From contig NZ_JAQNDL010000003.1 of NCBI RefSeq assembly GCF_028368995.1, forward strand, positions 864,001 through 928,000: 64,000 nucleotides of DNA, read 5' to 3'. This document shows, piece by piece, positions 39,381 through 49,537 of this stretch (the first letter of the stretch is position 1; every line of letters starts with the position of its first letter). The stretch comes from Nannocystis bainbridge (GTDB lineage Bacteria; Myxococcota_A; Polyangia; Nannocystales; Nannocystaceae). The position numbers and the translations under genes were made by a program. The notes beneath the pieces were generated by a model. That model had not been told where the DNA came from, ran no database searches, and was given only the letters and a program-made list of their open reading frames with translations.

Positions 39381-41063
39381 CTATTCGACGTCGAGCTCGA
39401 TGGTGTACTGCTGGTCGGCTCCGAGCAGGTAGCGATCGAACAGGGGCGAATAGCTCCGCACGTGCATGGTCTTGCCGTCGGGGAGGAGCTCGAGGAGGCG
39501 CAGGTAGCCCTCGCCGCCGAGCTCGCGCATCTGGTAGTTGGCGAGCATCTGGTGGACCACGTTGCCGCGGTCGTTGATGCTCTCGAGGTGACCGGTGCCG
39601 TCGCCGAGCACGTGGCCGTTGAGGGTCAGCACGAAGCGGTGGCGACGGACGAGCTTCTGCCACAGCTCCTCGCCGTCGTTGACCCCGCCGGGCGTGTTGT
39701 ACTCGTGCGGGTTGAAGTCCTGCGGCGACGTGCTGTCCTTGTGGTCGTAGCGGCGGTCGTTGTTGTTGAGATAGGCGTGGGTGACGAAGATGCCGAGGCG
39801 TTCGGGGTGCTGCTCCATCACCGTGTTGGCCCAGTCGACCACCTCGTCGCGCGGGCCCCACTCGAGCATCATGGCGATCCACTCGTGCCCGCCGGCGGTG
39901 AACAAATGATAGGTGTTGTCGAGCTTGCCCTTCTCGAACGCGCCGCCGAAATTGGGGCTCATCGCGGCGTCGTCGAAATCGAACCATTCGTTCATCTTGG
40001 TGCCGCGCGTCGAAGCGTCGCCCGACGGGCCATAGTCGTGGTTCCCGGGCACGATCCCGTACGGCACGACCCCGTCGAGCAGGCTCATCGAGCCGCTGGC
40101 ACGCTCCCACTCGAGCTCGGTGTTGTTGTTGACGATGTCGCCGAGGTGGAACGCGTAGGCGATGCCGAGCGCCTCGGCGTTGCGGGCGATCCACGCCGTC
40201 TGGGCGTCGAACACCCCGGGGTAGCGCAGCGAATAGACCTGGGTGTCGGGCAGCACCGCGAACACCGTCGAGCCTTCGGTGAACGGCAGCGACTGCGGCG
40301 GCGGCGTCGGCCGGATCGGCAGCGTCTCGCGCACGCACACGCCCTCGACGTGGGCGGCGAGGTTGGCGAAGAAGTTGGTGATGAACGCCTCCTGCTGCAG
40401 GTCCGAGCCCATCGGCGCGTCGAGCGGCAGCGTCGACAGCAAGATCCGCCCCTGGCCGTACGCGCCCTCGAGCAGCGCCCCGTTCGAGCCGTCGCCCGCG
40501 CCCGCTAGCACGATCTCGAAGCCGCCCTGCTCGACGAACGCCTCGCGCCCGAGCTCGCCGCGCCAGGCCAGCCGCCCGCCGTCGATCTCGACCCCCGCGA
40601 GCAGCGGATGGTCGGGCTCCAGCACCTCGAGCTCGACCAGCTTGGCGCGCGCCCGCCGGGCCGTGTGCGTGGTCGGCAAGAACGGCGGCTCGGCCTCGGC
40701 CTCGGCCGACTGCGCCAGCTCGAGCAGGACGTTGGCCTCGTCGACGAAGAAATACAGGTCGTCGGCGTAGCTCTGCATGTACCCGGGGTACTCGGGCAGC
40801 TCGGTGGCGCCCGAGCCGAACACGATCAGCCCGTCGAGGCCCCACGGCGAGCGGTCGAGCGGCAGCGGCTCGACGATGAAGCCGGCGAACTCGAGGCGCT
40901 CGCGCACGCCGTCGTAGTCGGGGGCCATCACCCACGCGCGCGGCTCCCCGTTGCCGCAAGGCAACACCTCGACGACTTCGGGCGGGGGCGCCACCTGGCA
41001 AGCCGCCGACGACACGTATCCACCGAGGAAGAGGCCCGCGCGCACGCTCCGACGAAACGCCAT
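39381..41063 (-). CDS. Calcineurin-like metallophosphoesterase lipoprotein
   Basis: VLPDTQ, HLGDIV, GNHDY, THAY, LNGHV motifs. Confidence 0.9.
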   Translation of the reverse strand: MAFRRSVRAGLFLGGYVSSAACQVAPPPEVVEVLPCGNGEPRAWVMAPDYDGVRERLEFAGFIVEPLPLDRSPWGLDGLIVFGSGATELPEYPGYMQSYADDLYFFVDEANVLLELAQSAEAEAEPPFLPTTHTARRARAKLVELEVLEPDHPLLAGVEIDGGRLAWRGELGREAFVEQGGFEIVLAGAGDGSNGALLEGAYGQGRILLSTLPLDAPMGSDLQQEAFITNFFANLAAHVEGVCVRETLPIRPTPPPQSLPFTEGSTVFAVLPDTQVYSLRYPGVFDAQTAWIARNAEALGIAYAFHLGDIVNNNTELEWERASGSMSLLDGVVPYGIVPGNHDYGPSGDASTRGTKMNEWFDFDDAAMSPNFGGAFEKGKLDNTYHLFTAGGHEWIAMMLEWGPRDEVVDWANTVMEQHPERLGIFVTHAYLNNNDRRYDHKDSTSPQDFNPHEYNTPGGVNDGEELWQKLVRRHRFVLTLNGHVLGDGTGHLESINDRGNVVHQMLANYQMRELGGEGYLRLLELLPDGKTMHVRSYSPLFDRYLLGADQQYTIELDVE

Positions 41064-41178
41064 GGACCGAGCCTATCAACGTCGTGCATCGGCACGGCGG
41101 AGGCTCTGCAATTTTTCGCCCGCGATTGTCACGACCACGTGCCGGCGGTGCACGCCGGCTCGCGGGTCGACCTTGCGC

Positions 41179-41736
41179 TTATGGAAGGATCGGCTGGGTC
41201 GTGCCCGACGGCGCGCGAATGACCCCACATGCCAGCCGCGCGCCCGAGTTGCCGGCCGGATCGGTGATCAGGTCGTCCGCATCGGCGTGCACCACCATCG
41301 ATCGTCCGAGCACCCCGCGCGGCCCGGCGTCGAGCGTGATGATGTCGGTGGTCATGGCGATCGCGGCCCGCCCGGCGCCGTCGGCCTCGATGTTGCCGAG
41401 GTCGCCGAGGTGGTGATCGGGGCCCTCTGGCCCGCCGTGGTGCTTGTGCTCGGGGTTGAAGTGCGGCCCGGCGCTGCTGCCGTCGGCGGCCGAGCAGTCG
41501 CCGAACTCATGGATGTGAAATCCGTGGGGCCCGGGCGTGAGGCCCTGGATCTGCGCGCGCACCCGCAGGCGATTGGCGGTGACGCGGGTGAACTGGACGG
41601 TCCCGCGCACGCCGCTGCCAGCCAGCGGCTCCAGCGTGGCGATGGCCGCTCCCTCCTCGCCGCTGGTCCAGCAGGCGAGCGACCCCAACAGCGATAGCAG
41701 CGACGAAGCGACGATGAGCGAGGCGAATGGGCGCAT
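41179..41736 (-). CDS. sodC: Cu/Zn superoxide dismutase (lipoprotein)
   Basis: HGFHIHEFGDC, AGPHFNP, HLGDLGNI, VVHADADD, GNSGARLACG. Confidence 0.95.
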   Translation of the reverse strand: MRPFASLIVASSLLSLLGSLACWTSGEEGAAIATLEPLAGSGVRGTVQFTRVTANRLRVRAQIQGLTPGPHGFHIHEFGDCSAADGSSAGPHFNPEHKHHGGPEGPDHHLGDLGNIEADGAGRAAIAMTTDIITLDAGPRGVLGRSMVVHADADDLITDPAGNSGARLACGVIRAPSGTTQPILP

Positions 41737-42034
41737 GGTGAAATCCTCGATCCGCAAGCGTGGGCCGACCTCCGACACCGGCAACCACGCGCCCCAGCCG
41801 ACCCCCGCGTATCCCCGGTCGTCCGCTCGCCCCACTCCATCGATTCCTGTAGAGACCGTCACGTCCCGCCGGCGGCGGCTCCGCGAGTCCGACGCCGGAG
41901 GGAGGATCTCCGCGAGCCTGCTCGGGCGCAGGCGCGGCCCCCGACACCGCCAAGGCCGCCCGGCCGGCCGCGGAATCTGGCCCTTACCGCGGCGAGCGCC
42001 GCGCCGCGGCATGGCCGCAGGTTTGGGTACAAAA

Positions 42035-42100
42035 GGACATGCTCGTTTGGACATGTCCTCGTGTACATGTTCCTTCAAACATGCCCGATCGGGCATATCT
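42035..42100. repeat. 14-bp-period GGACATGTCC-like array (5 units)
   Basis: CATG 42038, 42052, 42066, 42080 and CATA 42094; another in-phase CATG at 42010 (2 x 14 upstream). Confidence 0.88.
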
Positions 42101-42177
42101 CCGGCATGGCGCCTCGCGGACGGCGCTCCTGGCGAAGCGGCCCCGGTTCGTCGTCGAGGCGCGGCCGCCTCCGCAGG

Positions 42178-42903
42178 TCAGCCGATGAGTTCGCCCCAGA
42201 ACGGGATCGCGGCGACGGCGTCGAAGTCGGTGGCGGACCGCTCGTATTCGACCCCGACGAAGCCATGCAGCTCGGCGAGCAGATAGTCGCGGAGGTCGTG
42301 GCCGTAGACGATGATGTCGCTCTGCCACACCGACAGCACCAGCGTCGGCCCCTCGGCGAGCACGTGGCGGTGACCGTAGATCGGCAGCAGCCGCGGTGCA
42401 CCGGCCACCAGCGCCGCCACGCGGGCGCGCCGCTGGTCCGCTTCGCCGGGCCGCGGGCCCCAGCTGTCGCGCCACAGCGCATTCGCCTCGACGTCGAATA
42501 CCAGCCCGTCGAGCACCTCGGCGAGCGCTGCCTGAATCGCCGCCTCGTCGCGCTGCCAGTGGTAGAAGCCGGGCTCTTCGCGCGGCACCAGGCGATCGTC
42601 GGCGGCGAACCCCGCGCCTCCCATCCACGGCTCGGTCGCGTGCAGCAGCTGCAAGAACGGGCGATGATCGGCCGGGAAGCGGACCGCGAATCGTCGCTCG
42701 ATCTGCGCCAGCTCGGCGTCGGACAGCCCGCCCGTCCACCGGGTCCCGCGGCGCCAGTGCGAGCCGCCCACGCCCCACGCCTCGTAGTCCGCGAGCGTCG
42801 GCTCCTCTTCCCGGCTCCACGCCTCCTCGGTCGCGGCGCCCAGCCACCGCAGGAACGGCTCGCCGAACTCGCCCGGGACCTCACTGCTGCGACGCTTCGC
42901 CAT
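42178..42903 (-). CDS. SMI1/KNR4-like protein
   Basis: GLSDAELAQIERRFAVRFPADHRPFL...APRLLPIYGHR...SDIIVYGHDL...IPFW. Confidence 0.78.
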   Translation of the reverse strand: MAKRRSSEVPGEFGEPFLRWLGAATEEAWSREEEPTLADYEAWGVGGSHWRRGTRWTGGLSDAELAQIERRFAVRFPADHRPFLQLLHATEPWMGGAGFAADDRLVPREEPGFYHWQRDEAAIQAALAEVLDGLVFDVEANALWRDSWGPRPGEADQRRARVAALVAGAPRLLPIYGHRHVLAEGPTLVLSVWQSDIIVYGHDLRDYLLAELHGFVGVEYERSATDFDAVAAIPFWGELIG

Positions 42904-43162
42904 CGATCGCTCGGGGGCAGCGTATCACACGGTCATCCGGCCATGATCTGCGGTGCCCCTGCGGGCAGCCGCGCGAGCATCCGCCGCGATGGCGGCGCCG
43001 TCTTTTTTCCAGAAGAGAGTCGATCCGCGGCTGCTCGCGCGGCCGCGCCGGGCACTTCGAGGCCGGCGGCCGCGAGCCACGACACGAGCACGAGGGAGCT
43101 GGCGCGCCTGATGAGCGACGTCTCGCGCCGGCGCGCGGCCCGTCGCAATCGGCCGATCCCGC

Positions 43163-44167
43163 TCAGGCTTTCTCGGCCGCGGCGACCAGCTCGGGCGCGA
43201 ACAGCTGCTGCAGGTCGGAGCCCTCGAGCTTGACGAAGCCGAGCTTCTGCGCGTCCTCGGCGCTGCGCACCAGGGCCTCCGGCACCGGGTCCGACGTGAA
43301 CTCGAGGTTCTGCCACGCGCGGTCGATCGTCGCCGGCGCCAGGGCCTTGCCCGTGACCTTCTTGATCGCCGCGTTGGCGACCTCCCGGGCCTCGCCGGCG
43401 TTCGCCGCGATCCACTTGTTGGCGGCCACGTGGCCGCGCACCAGCGCCTGCAGGGTGGCCCGGCGGGCCTCGATCTGGCCCTTGCGCGCCAGCAGCACCG
43501 TGGTCGTGTAGCGGCGCTCGGGCCACAGGTCGCGCTCGTCGATCAGCACCTTGCCGCCGCCCTCGAGGATCAGGCGGGTCGCCCACGGCTCGGGCACCCA
43601 CGCGCCGGCGATCTCGCCCGACTGGAAGCTCTCGAGCGTCTGTGCGTTCTCCTGCGGGGTGACGCTGACATCGCCGCCGCCGAACTCGTCGACCTTGAAG
43701 CCCTGGCCGATGAGCCATGTCCGGAGGGCCACGTCCTGGGTCCCGCCGAGCTGCGGGGTGCTGACCTTCTTGCCGCGCAGGTCGGCCGCGCCGGCGATCT
43801 CGGGGCGGACGACGAAGAACGCCCCGCCGGTGGCCGCGCCGGCGATCACCTTGACCTCGCCCTTCGACTTGACGAACGCGTTGACGGCCGGGTTGGGGCC
43901 GACGTACGTGGCATCGAGCGCCCCCGACAGCAGCGCCTCGATCGCCGCCGGGCCGGCGTTGAACGTGAACGTCTCCAGCGCCGTGCCCTCGGCCTGCAGC
44001 GCCTCGCGGAACAGCCCGCGCTCGACCCCGACCAGCGCGGTCGCGTGGGTGATGTTGGGGAAGTAGCCGAGCCGCAGCGCCCCGGTGTTCTCGCTCGACG
44101 GGCGACACGCGCCGGCGAGGGCGAGGGCGGGCAGGCTGGCGACGAAGCTGCGGCGGGTCAGGGGCAT
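43163..44167 (-). CDS. NitT/TauT (SsuA-like) ABC transporter substrate-binding lipoprotein
   Basis: LRLGYFPNITHATALVG, NAGPAAIEAL, TPQLGGTQDVALR, WVPEPW; TRRSF...LAGAC leader. Confidence 0.9.
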   Translation of the reverse strand: MPLTRRSFVASLPALALAGACRPSSENTGALRLGYFPNITHATALVGVERGLFREALQAEGTALETFTFNAGPAAIEALLSGALDATYVGPNPAVNAFVKSKGEVKVIAGAATGGAFFVVRPEIAGAADLRGKKVSTPQLGGTQDVALRTWLIGQGFKVDEFGGGDVSVTPQENAQTLESFQSGEIAGAWVPEPWATRLILEGGGKVLIDERDLWPERRYTTTVLLARKGQIEARRATLQALVRGHVAANKWIAANAGEAREVANAAIKKVTGKALAPATIDRAWQNLEFTSDPVPEALVRSAEDAQKLGFVKLEGSDLQQLFAPELVAAAEKA

Positions 44168-44270
44168 GGCGGAAGGAGGTTTACCATAATGGATATTCTC
44201 CAGCATACTGAACAACGTCGCCCTGGCCTTGCGACGCCCTCCTGCGCTACCTCTCGGCCCCCCGCGCGTC

Positions 44271-45506
44271 ATGCTCCAATTGCTCCTGCTCGCCGCGCTC
44301 GCCCCGCCGCCGCCCGCGCCTGCCCCCGATCCGGACCGCTTCTATCCGCCGGCGCGCGAGCACCTGCTGCTCGCCCCGGGCACCGTCGGCGACGGCCCGC
44401 TCAAGTTCACCGCGGGCAAGGGCCTCGAGGTCAAGAGCAAGGACGGCCGCTACGCCCTGTCGCTGAGCCTGCGCACCGGCTTCATGTACAGCGGGCGGCG
44501 CCAGGGCGGGGCGGCCTACGAGCACGCGTTCGAGATCCGGCGCCTGCGCCTGGTCTTCTCCGGCAACGTGTTCAGCAAGAGCATCAAGTACTTCGTGCAG
44601 CTGGCCGTGGCCCCGCGCGAGCTCAACTTCGTCGACGGGGTCGCGCGCGCCGGCCCGCTGCTCGACAACTACGTGGTGTTCGACCGCCTGCGCGACGCCA
44701 ACCTGCGGATCGGCATCTACCGGGTCATGTACACCCGCGAGCGCAACATCGCCGACATCAACCCGCTGCTGGTCGACCGCTCGCTGGCCAACGGCGAGTT
44801 CAACGTCGACCGCGACATCGGCCTCGACGTGCGCTCGGAGGACCTCGGCGGCCTCGGCAAATTGCGCTACTACGCCGGCGTCTTCATGGGCGACGGGCGC
44901 GATCAGAACCGGTTCAGCGACCCGGGCCTGATGTACACCGCGCGCCTCGATTTCCTGCCGTTCGGACTGTTCGACGACTACGAGGCCAGCGACCAGACCC
45001 GCCTGCGAAGGCCGAGGCTCAGCCTCGGGTTCGCCTACGCCTTCAACGACCGCGCCCGCAACAACCGCGGGGTGCTCGGCAGCCCGCCGGCCGACGGCGG
45101 TAGCACCAACTATCACAACCTCACCACCGACATGATGTTCAAGTGGGCCGGCTTCAGCCTCGAGGCCGCGTTCCTGTGGCGCGACGGCCGGCGCAACCCC
45201 GGCGGGGCGGTCGACGACATGGGCGCTCCGCTGCCCGTCGAGGCCGCGCGCAACGGTCGCGGCTGGATGATGCAGGCGGCCTTCCTCATCCCGCGGACCG
45301 GCCTCGAGCCCGCCATCCGCACCAGCGGGATCCGCGGACTCGGCGTGACCTCGATGCCCGACCGCAACGAGCTCGGCGGCGGCCTCAATTATTACTTCGC
45401 GGGTCACAACCTGAAGCTCCAGCTCGACTGGTTCCGCACCTGGGACCGCGGCGCCGCCGATCTGGCCGCCGACCTGGTCCGCCTGCAGCTTCAGGTCGCG
45501 CTGTGA
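44271..45506 (+). CDS. OprO/OprP-like anion-selective porin
   Basis: FEIRRLRL, DRDIG, GLNYYFAGHNLKLQLD, C-terminal strand RLQLQVAL. Confidence 0.85.
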   Translation: MLQLLLLAALAPPPPAPAPDPDRFYPPAREHLLLAPGTVGDGPLKFTAGKGLEVKSKDGRYALSLSLRTGFMYSGRRQGGAAYEHAFEIRRLRLVFSGNVFSKSIKYFVQLAVAPRELNFVDGVARAGPLLDNYVVFDRLRDANLRIGIYRVMYTRERNIADINPLLVDRSLANGEFNVDRDIGLDVRSEDLGGLGKLRYYAGVFMGDGRDQNRFSDPGLMYTARLDFLPFGLFDDYEASDQTRLRRPRLSLGFAYAFNDRARNNRGVLGSPPADGGSTNYHNLTTDMMFKWAGFSLEAAFLWRDGRRNPGGAVDDMGAPLPVEAARNGRGWMMQAAFLIPRTGLEPAIRTSGIRGLGVTSMPDRNELGGGLNYYFAGHNLKLQLDWFRTWDRGAADLAADLVRLQLQVAL

Positions 45507-45609
45507 CCGGCGGCCCATCATCGTTTCGCGGTTCGAGAACGCCGTCAGCCTCGCCGCCCGGGCGCTGACGCGCCTTGACCCGCGCGCAGGTCCTGCCCAT
45601 ACGGCTGAC

Positions 45610-48519
45610 GTGCAGGTGGTGCCGGTGGAGCTGGGCGACCGGTCATTCGCAGGACATGTCCCCGAGGACATGTCACGAATGGCGGTCGGCGACTTCCGGG
45701 CCGGGCTCGAGGTCGTCGGCGTGCGCGACCCGACCCTCGTCGCCACCCTCGACAACTGCCCCGAGGGCCGCTCGACCTGGCCGCCGCGCGACCTCCCCCC
45801 GCGCGGCGAGGCCCGCTACGAGTTCGGCGAGGTGTTCGCGTCCGGCGGCCTCGGCGTGGTCCGGCGCGCCGAGGATCGCCGCCTCGGCCGCGTCGTCGCC
45901 ATCAAGGAGCTGCTGCGCGACAGCCCCGACGCCCAGCGTCGGTTCGCCCGCGAGGCCGCGATCACGGCCCGCCTGCAGCACCCGAGCATCGTCCCGCTGT
46001 ACGACCTCGGCCACCGCGCCACCGGCGAGCCGTTCTACTGCATGAAGCTCGTCGACGGCGCCAGCCTCGACGCCAAGATCCAGGAGACCCGCGATCTCGG
46101 CGAGCGCCTGCGTCTGGTCGAGCACGTGATCGCCGTCGCCGACGCGATCGCCTACGCCCACGACCAGCAGGTCCTGCACCGCGACCTCAAGCCGGCCAAC
46201 GTGCTGATCGGTCGGTTCGGCGAGACGGTGGTGATCGACTGGGGCCTGGCCAAGGACCTGGCCGGTCGCAGCGACAGCGAGGCCGAGCAGACCACGCGCT
46301 CGGGCCAGCGCAGCCGCACCGGCGAGGACCTCACCGAGGTCGGGACGATCGTCGGCACGCTGCGCTACATGCCGCCCGAGCAGGCCCGCGGCGAGCCGGT
46401 CGACGCCCGCAGCGACATCTACGCCCTCGGCGCCCTGCTCTACCACGTGCTGTCCGGGCGCCCGCCGTTCGCCGAAGTCACCGGCGACGCCCTCGTCGCG
46501 CGGGTGAAGGCCGCCGATCTCGAGGACCTGCGCGAGCGGGTGCCCGGGGTCCCGCGCGAGCTGGCGGCGATCGCCCACCGGGCCACCGCGGCCCGCCCCG
46601 AGCAGCGCTACCCGACCGCCGCCGGGTTCGCCGAGGACCTGCGGCGGTTCCAGGCCGGGCGCGTGGTCTCGGCCCACAGCTACACCGTCGCCGAGCGGCT
46701 GCAGCGGTGGATGAAGCGCCAGCGGATCTTGCTGGCCTTCGCCGGCCTCGGCGTGGCCGCCAGCTTCTTCGCCTTCAAGGCCCACGAGGCCAGCCTCGAC
46801 CTTTGCAGCGGCGGGGCCGCGGAGATCGCCGCCGCCTGGGACGGGCCGCAGCGGCGGGTCGCGGCCGGCAACTTCGTCGCCGCCGGGGCAGCCTTCGCCA
46901 CCGAGGTGTGGCCACGCGTGGCCAGCTCGCTCGACGCCTACGCCGCCGCCTGGACCGCCCAGCACCACGAGGCGTGCGTCACCCATCGCCGCGGCGAACA
47001 GTCGGATCCGCTGTTCGATCGCCGCATGGCCTGCCTGGGCGAGCGCAAGGCCGCCCTCGCCGAGGCCACGGCCCTGCTCGGCGAGCGCGACCCCGCCGTC
47101 CCGCTGCACGCGCTCGAGCTGGTCGGCGGTCTGCCGGCGCTGAGCCGCTGCAGCGACGTCGCCGCCCTCGACGCCGCCGTCGCCCCGCCCGCCGACCCCG
47201 AGGCCGCGGCTCGCGTCGCCGCCGTGCGTGACGGCCTGGTCAAGCTCGCCGCCATGGGCCGCGTCGCCCGCACCCCGGCCGCGCTCGCGCTGGCCGACCG
47301 GCTCGTGCGCGCCGCCGAGGCCACCGGCCACGCGCCGACCCTCGCCGAGGTCCTGCTGCGCCGCGGCGAGCTGCGCCTCCACGACGACGCCGACGACGCC
47401 GCCGCGCGCCTGCAGCAGGCCCTGCTCACCGCCGTGCGCGCCGGCGCCGACGAGATCGCCGCCGAGGCCGCCGCCCTGCTGGTGTTCGTGCGCGGGCGCC
47501 AGGCCGACGGCACCGCCCGCGGCCTGGCCGAGCTGCCGATGGCCGAGGCCCTGGTCGCTCGCCTGCCGCCCCACGATCGCCTGCGCGGCCTCCTCCTCAA
47601 CAACGCCGCCGTGCTGGCCCGCTCGACCGGCGAGTTCACGAGAGCCCGCGGGTTGCTCGACGAGGCCCTCAAGGTCCAGCGCGCCGCGCCTGGCCCCGCG
47701 CGGGTCGAGGCCGCGTACACGCTGACCAACCTCGCCCTGGCGACCGACGACGCCGCGCCCCGCGAGGCCGCGCTGCGCGAGGCGCTGGCGATCCTCGAGC
47801 GCGAGCTCGGCCCGGCCCACGCGCGGACCATCGAGCTGCGCGTGCTCGCCAGCCTCCACACCCGCGATCCCCGGGTCGCGCACGCCCTGCTGCGCCCTGG
47901 CTGCGACGCCCTGGCCCGCTTCGCCCCCGGCGCCTCGCCGGACCGCGCCCGCTGCCTGGCCCACCTGGCCCACCACGCCGACGAAGCCGGCGACGACGAC
48001 GCCGCCACCGCCCTGCGCAGCGAAGCGCTCGGCCTCGTCGACCCGCATTCCACTCTGGTCGAGGACATCGTCCTGCGCGCCCACCTCGACCTCGCCGGCC
48101 TCGCCCGCAGCGGCCACGGCGACGCCGTCGAGCGCCTGCGCGGCGTGCTCGTCACCGACCTCGCCGGCGACGCCTGGTGGGTGCGCGAGCGCCGGGCCGA
48201 AGTGCTGCTGCTGCTCGGCCTCCACCTGCGCGCCAGCGGCGATCTGGCCGCCGCCCGCACCGCCCTGCAGGGCGCGATCGACGATTTCGTGGCGGTCGCC
48301 GCGATCGCCAGCAGCGTCGTCGCCGATCAACAGCTCGCGCGCGCCCGGGTGGCCCACGCAGAGCTCGCCGCCGCCGCCCCGACCGACCCTGCGTGGCGCG
48401 CCCTGGCCCTGCTCGACCTCGACGCGGCCGACCATTGGTACGCGGGCGCCGGCGAGGCCTACGCGTGGCGCAGGCACCCGCTGCGGGCCCTCCGGCGGCA
48501 ATTGACCGAGCCCGGCTGA
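45610..48519 (+). CDS. Ser/Thr protein kinase with TM and TPR repeats
   Basis: SGGLGVV, VAIK, HRDLKPAN, DWG, GTLRYMPPEQ; start uncertain (45610, 45670 or 45679). Confidence 0.92.
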   Translation: MQVVPVELGDRSFAGHVPEDMSRMAVGDFRAGLEVVGVRDPTLVATLDNCPEGRSTWPPRDLPPRGEARYEFGEVFASGGLGVVRRAEDRRLGRVVAIKELLRDSPDAQRRFAREAAITARLQHPSIVPLYDLGHRATGEPFYCMKLVDGASLDAKIQETRDLGERLRLVEHVIAVADAIAYAHDQQVLHRDLKPANVLIGRFGETVVIDWGLAKDLAGRSDSEAEQTTRSGQRSRTGEDLTEVGTIVGTLRYMPPEQARGEPVDARSDIYALGALLYHVLSGRPPFAEVTGDALVARVKAADLEDLRERVPGVPRELAAIAHRATAARPEQRYPTAAGFAEDLRRFQAGRVVSAHSYTVAERLQRWMKRQRILLAFAGLGVAASFFAFKAHEASLDLCSGGAAEIAAAWDGPQRRVAAGNFVAAGAAFATEVWPRVASSLDAYAAAWTAQHHEACVTHRRGEQSDPLFDRRMACLGERKAALAEATALLGERDPAVPLHALELVGGLPALSRCSDVAALDAAVAPPADPEAAARVAAVRDGLVKLAAMGRVARTPAALALADRLVRAAEATGHAPTLAEVLLRRGELRLHDDADDAAARLQQALLTAVRAGADEIAAEAAALLVFVRGRQADGTARGLAELPMAEALVARLPPHDRLRGLLLNNAAVLARSTGEFTRARGLLDEALKVQRAAPGPARVEAAYTLTNLALATDDAAPREAALREALAILERELGPAHARTIELRVLASLHTRDPRVAHALLRPGCDALARFAPGASPDRARCLAHLAHHADEAGDDDAATALRSEALGLVDPHSTLVEDIVLRAHLDLAGLARSGHGDAVERLRGVLVTDLAGDAWWVRERRAEVLLLLGLHLRASGDLAAARTALQGAIDDFVAVAAIASSVVADQQLARARVAHAELAAAAPTDPAWRALALLDLDAADHWYAGAGEAYAWRRHPLRALRRQLTEPG
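45652..45675. repeat. 14-bp-period CATG array (2 units)
   Basis: GGACATGTCC-CCGA-GGACATGTCA; CATG at 45655 and 45669. Confidence 0.7.
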
Positions 48520-48678
48520 CCGGCCCGATCGTCCGCCGCTCCCGCCTGCCGTTGCCAACTTGCGACTCGGTCCGCGGCCTGGACCGACGGGCCGCATGGG
48601 ACTCGAGCGTGCGCGCGACCATGGGTGGCGCGATCTCCTGGGGCCCGCATGCGCTCCGTACCGCGCGGCTCGTCCTCC

Positions 48679-49330
48679 GACTCGCAATCGCGCCGGATTC
48701 GTCGACTCGCATTCGTCGCGCATCCACCCACGCCCTCGACTCGCATCGGCGCGTGCATCCTCGGGACTCGCACCCGGCTCGCGTCTGCGAACCCCTGACG
48801 CGACTGTGACCCGCACGCCCCGCGTTCTCCTCGACTCGCATTCGCCCCGCGCCTACGAGCGCGTCCCCGACTCGCTCGCGGCTCGCACGCCCGCGCGCTC
48901 TCGACTCGCATTCGCCATGCATCGGCGTGCGTGTCCTCGGGACTCGCATGCGACCCACAGCCACGACTCGTCCCCTCGACACGGCCACGCCTCGGACGGC
49001 GCGGCTATGCCGCCACGGACTCGCATTCGACTCGCATCCACGACGCGGCCCGCCTCGGACGTCTCGGCTACGTGGCCGCGGACTCGCATCCGACCCGCAT
49101 CGACGACCTCGCCCGCGGACTTCCATTCGACCCGCATCGACGACCTCGCCCGCGGACTCGCGTCCGACCCGCCTCGACGACCTCGCCCGCGGACTCGCAT
49201 TCGCTACGCACCCACGACCTCGCCCACGAACTCGCATCCGCTCCGCATCCAGAACGCAACATCGGACGCGCATCGGACCCGAGCGCCGCCGGGCCCGCCG
49301 CGGCCGCACGCGTCGCCGACTCGCATATCG
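48679..49330. repeat. Intergenic GACTCGCAT-rich region containing a 37-bp tandem repeat
   Basis: Many GACTCGCA copies; unit GGACTCGCATCCGACCCGCATCGACGACCTCGCCCGC at 49080, 49117, 49154, 49191 and partial 49228. Confidence 0.85.
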
Positions 49331-49537
49331 CCGCTCCGCCCTCCTCGATCCTCCAGGCTCGTCCGCCGACCCGCGCGCTGCGGGCTCACCGCGACCTGAC
49401 CTTCCGGCCGACGACGCGGGCCCATTCGCCTGAGACCGCTCTGCGCGAACGGGGCCCGCAGACCGCAAATTCCGGGCTTCTGCCGCACAGATCCGCGCTC
49501 GCCGCCGATCTCGGCCACAGGGCCGCCGCCCGGAATA

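Noticed and set aside
37246-41079. 1277-aa ORF as a single protein
   Set aside because: The N-terminal 595 codons are an Arg-rich off-frame reading of the phosphoesterase gene; the real gene starts at 39294 with a signal peptide
49080-49250. CRISPR array (37-bp unit)
   Set aside because: Units are head-to-tail with no unique spacers
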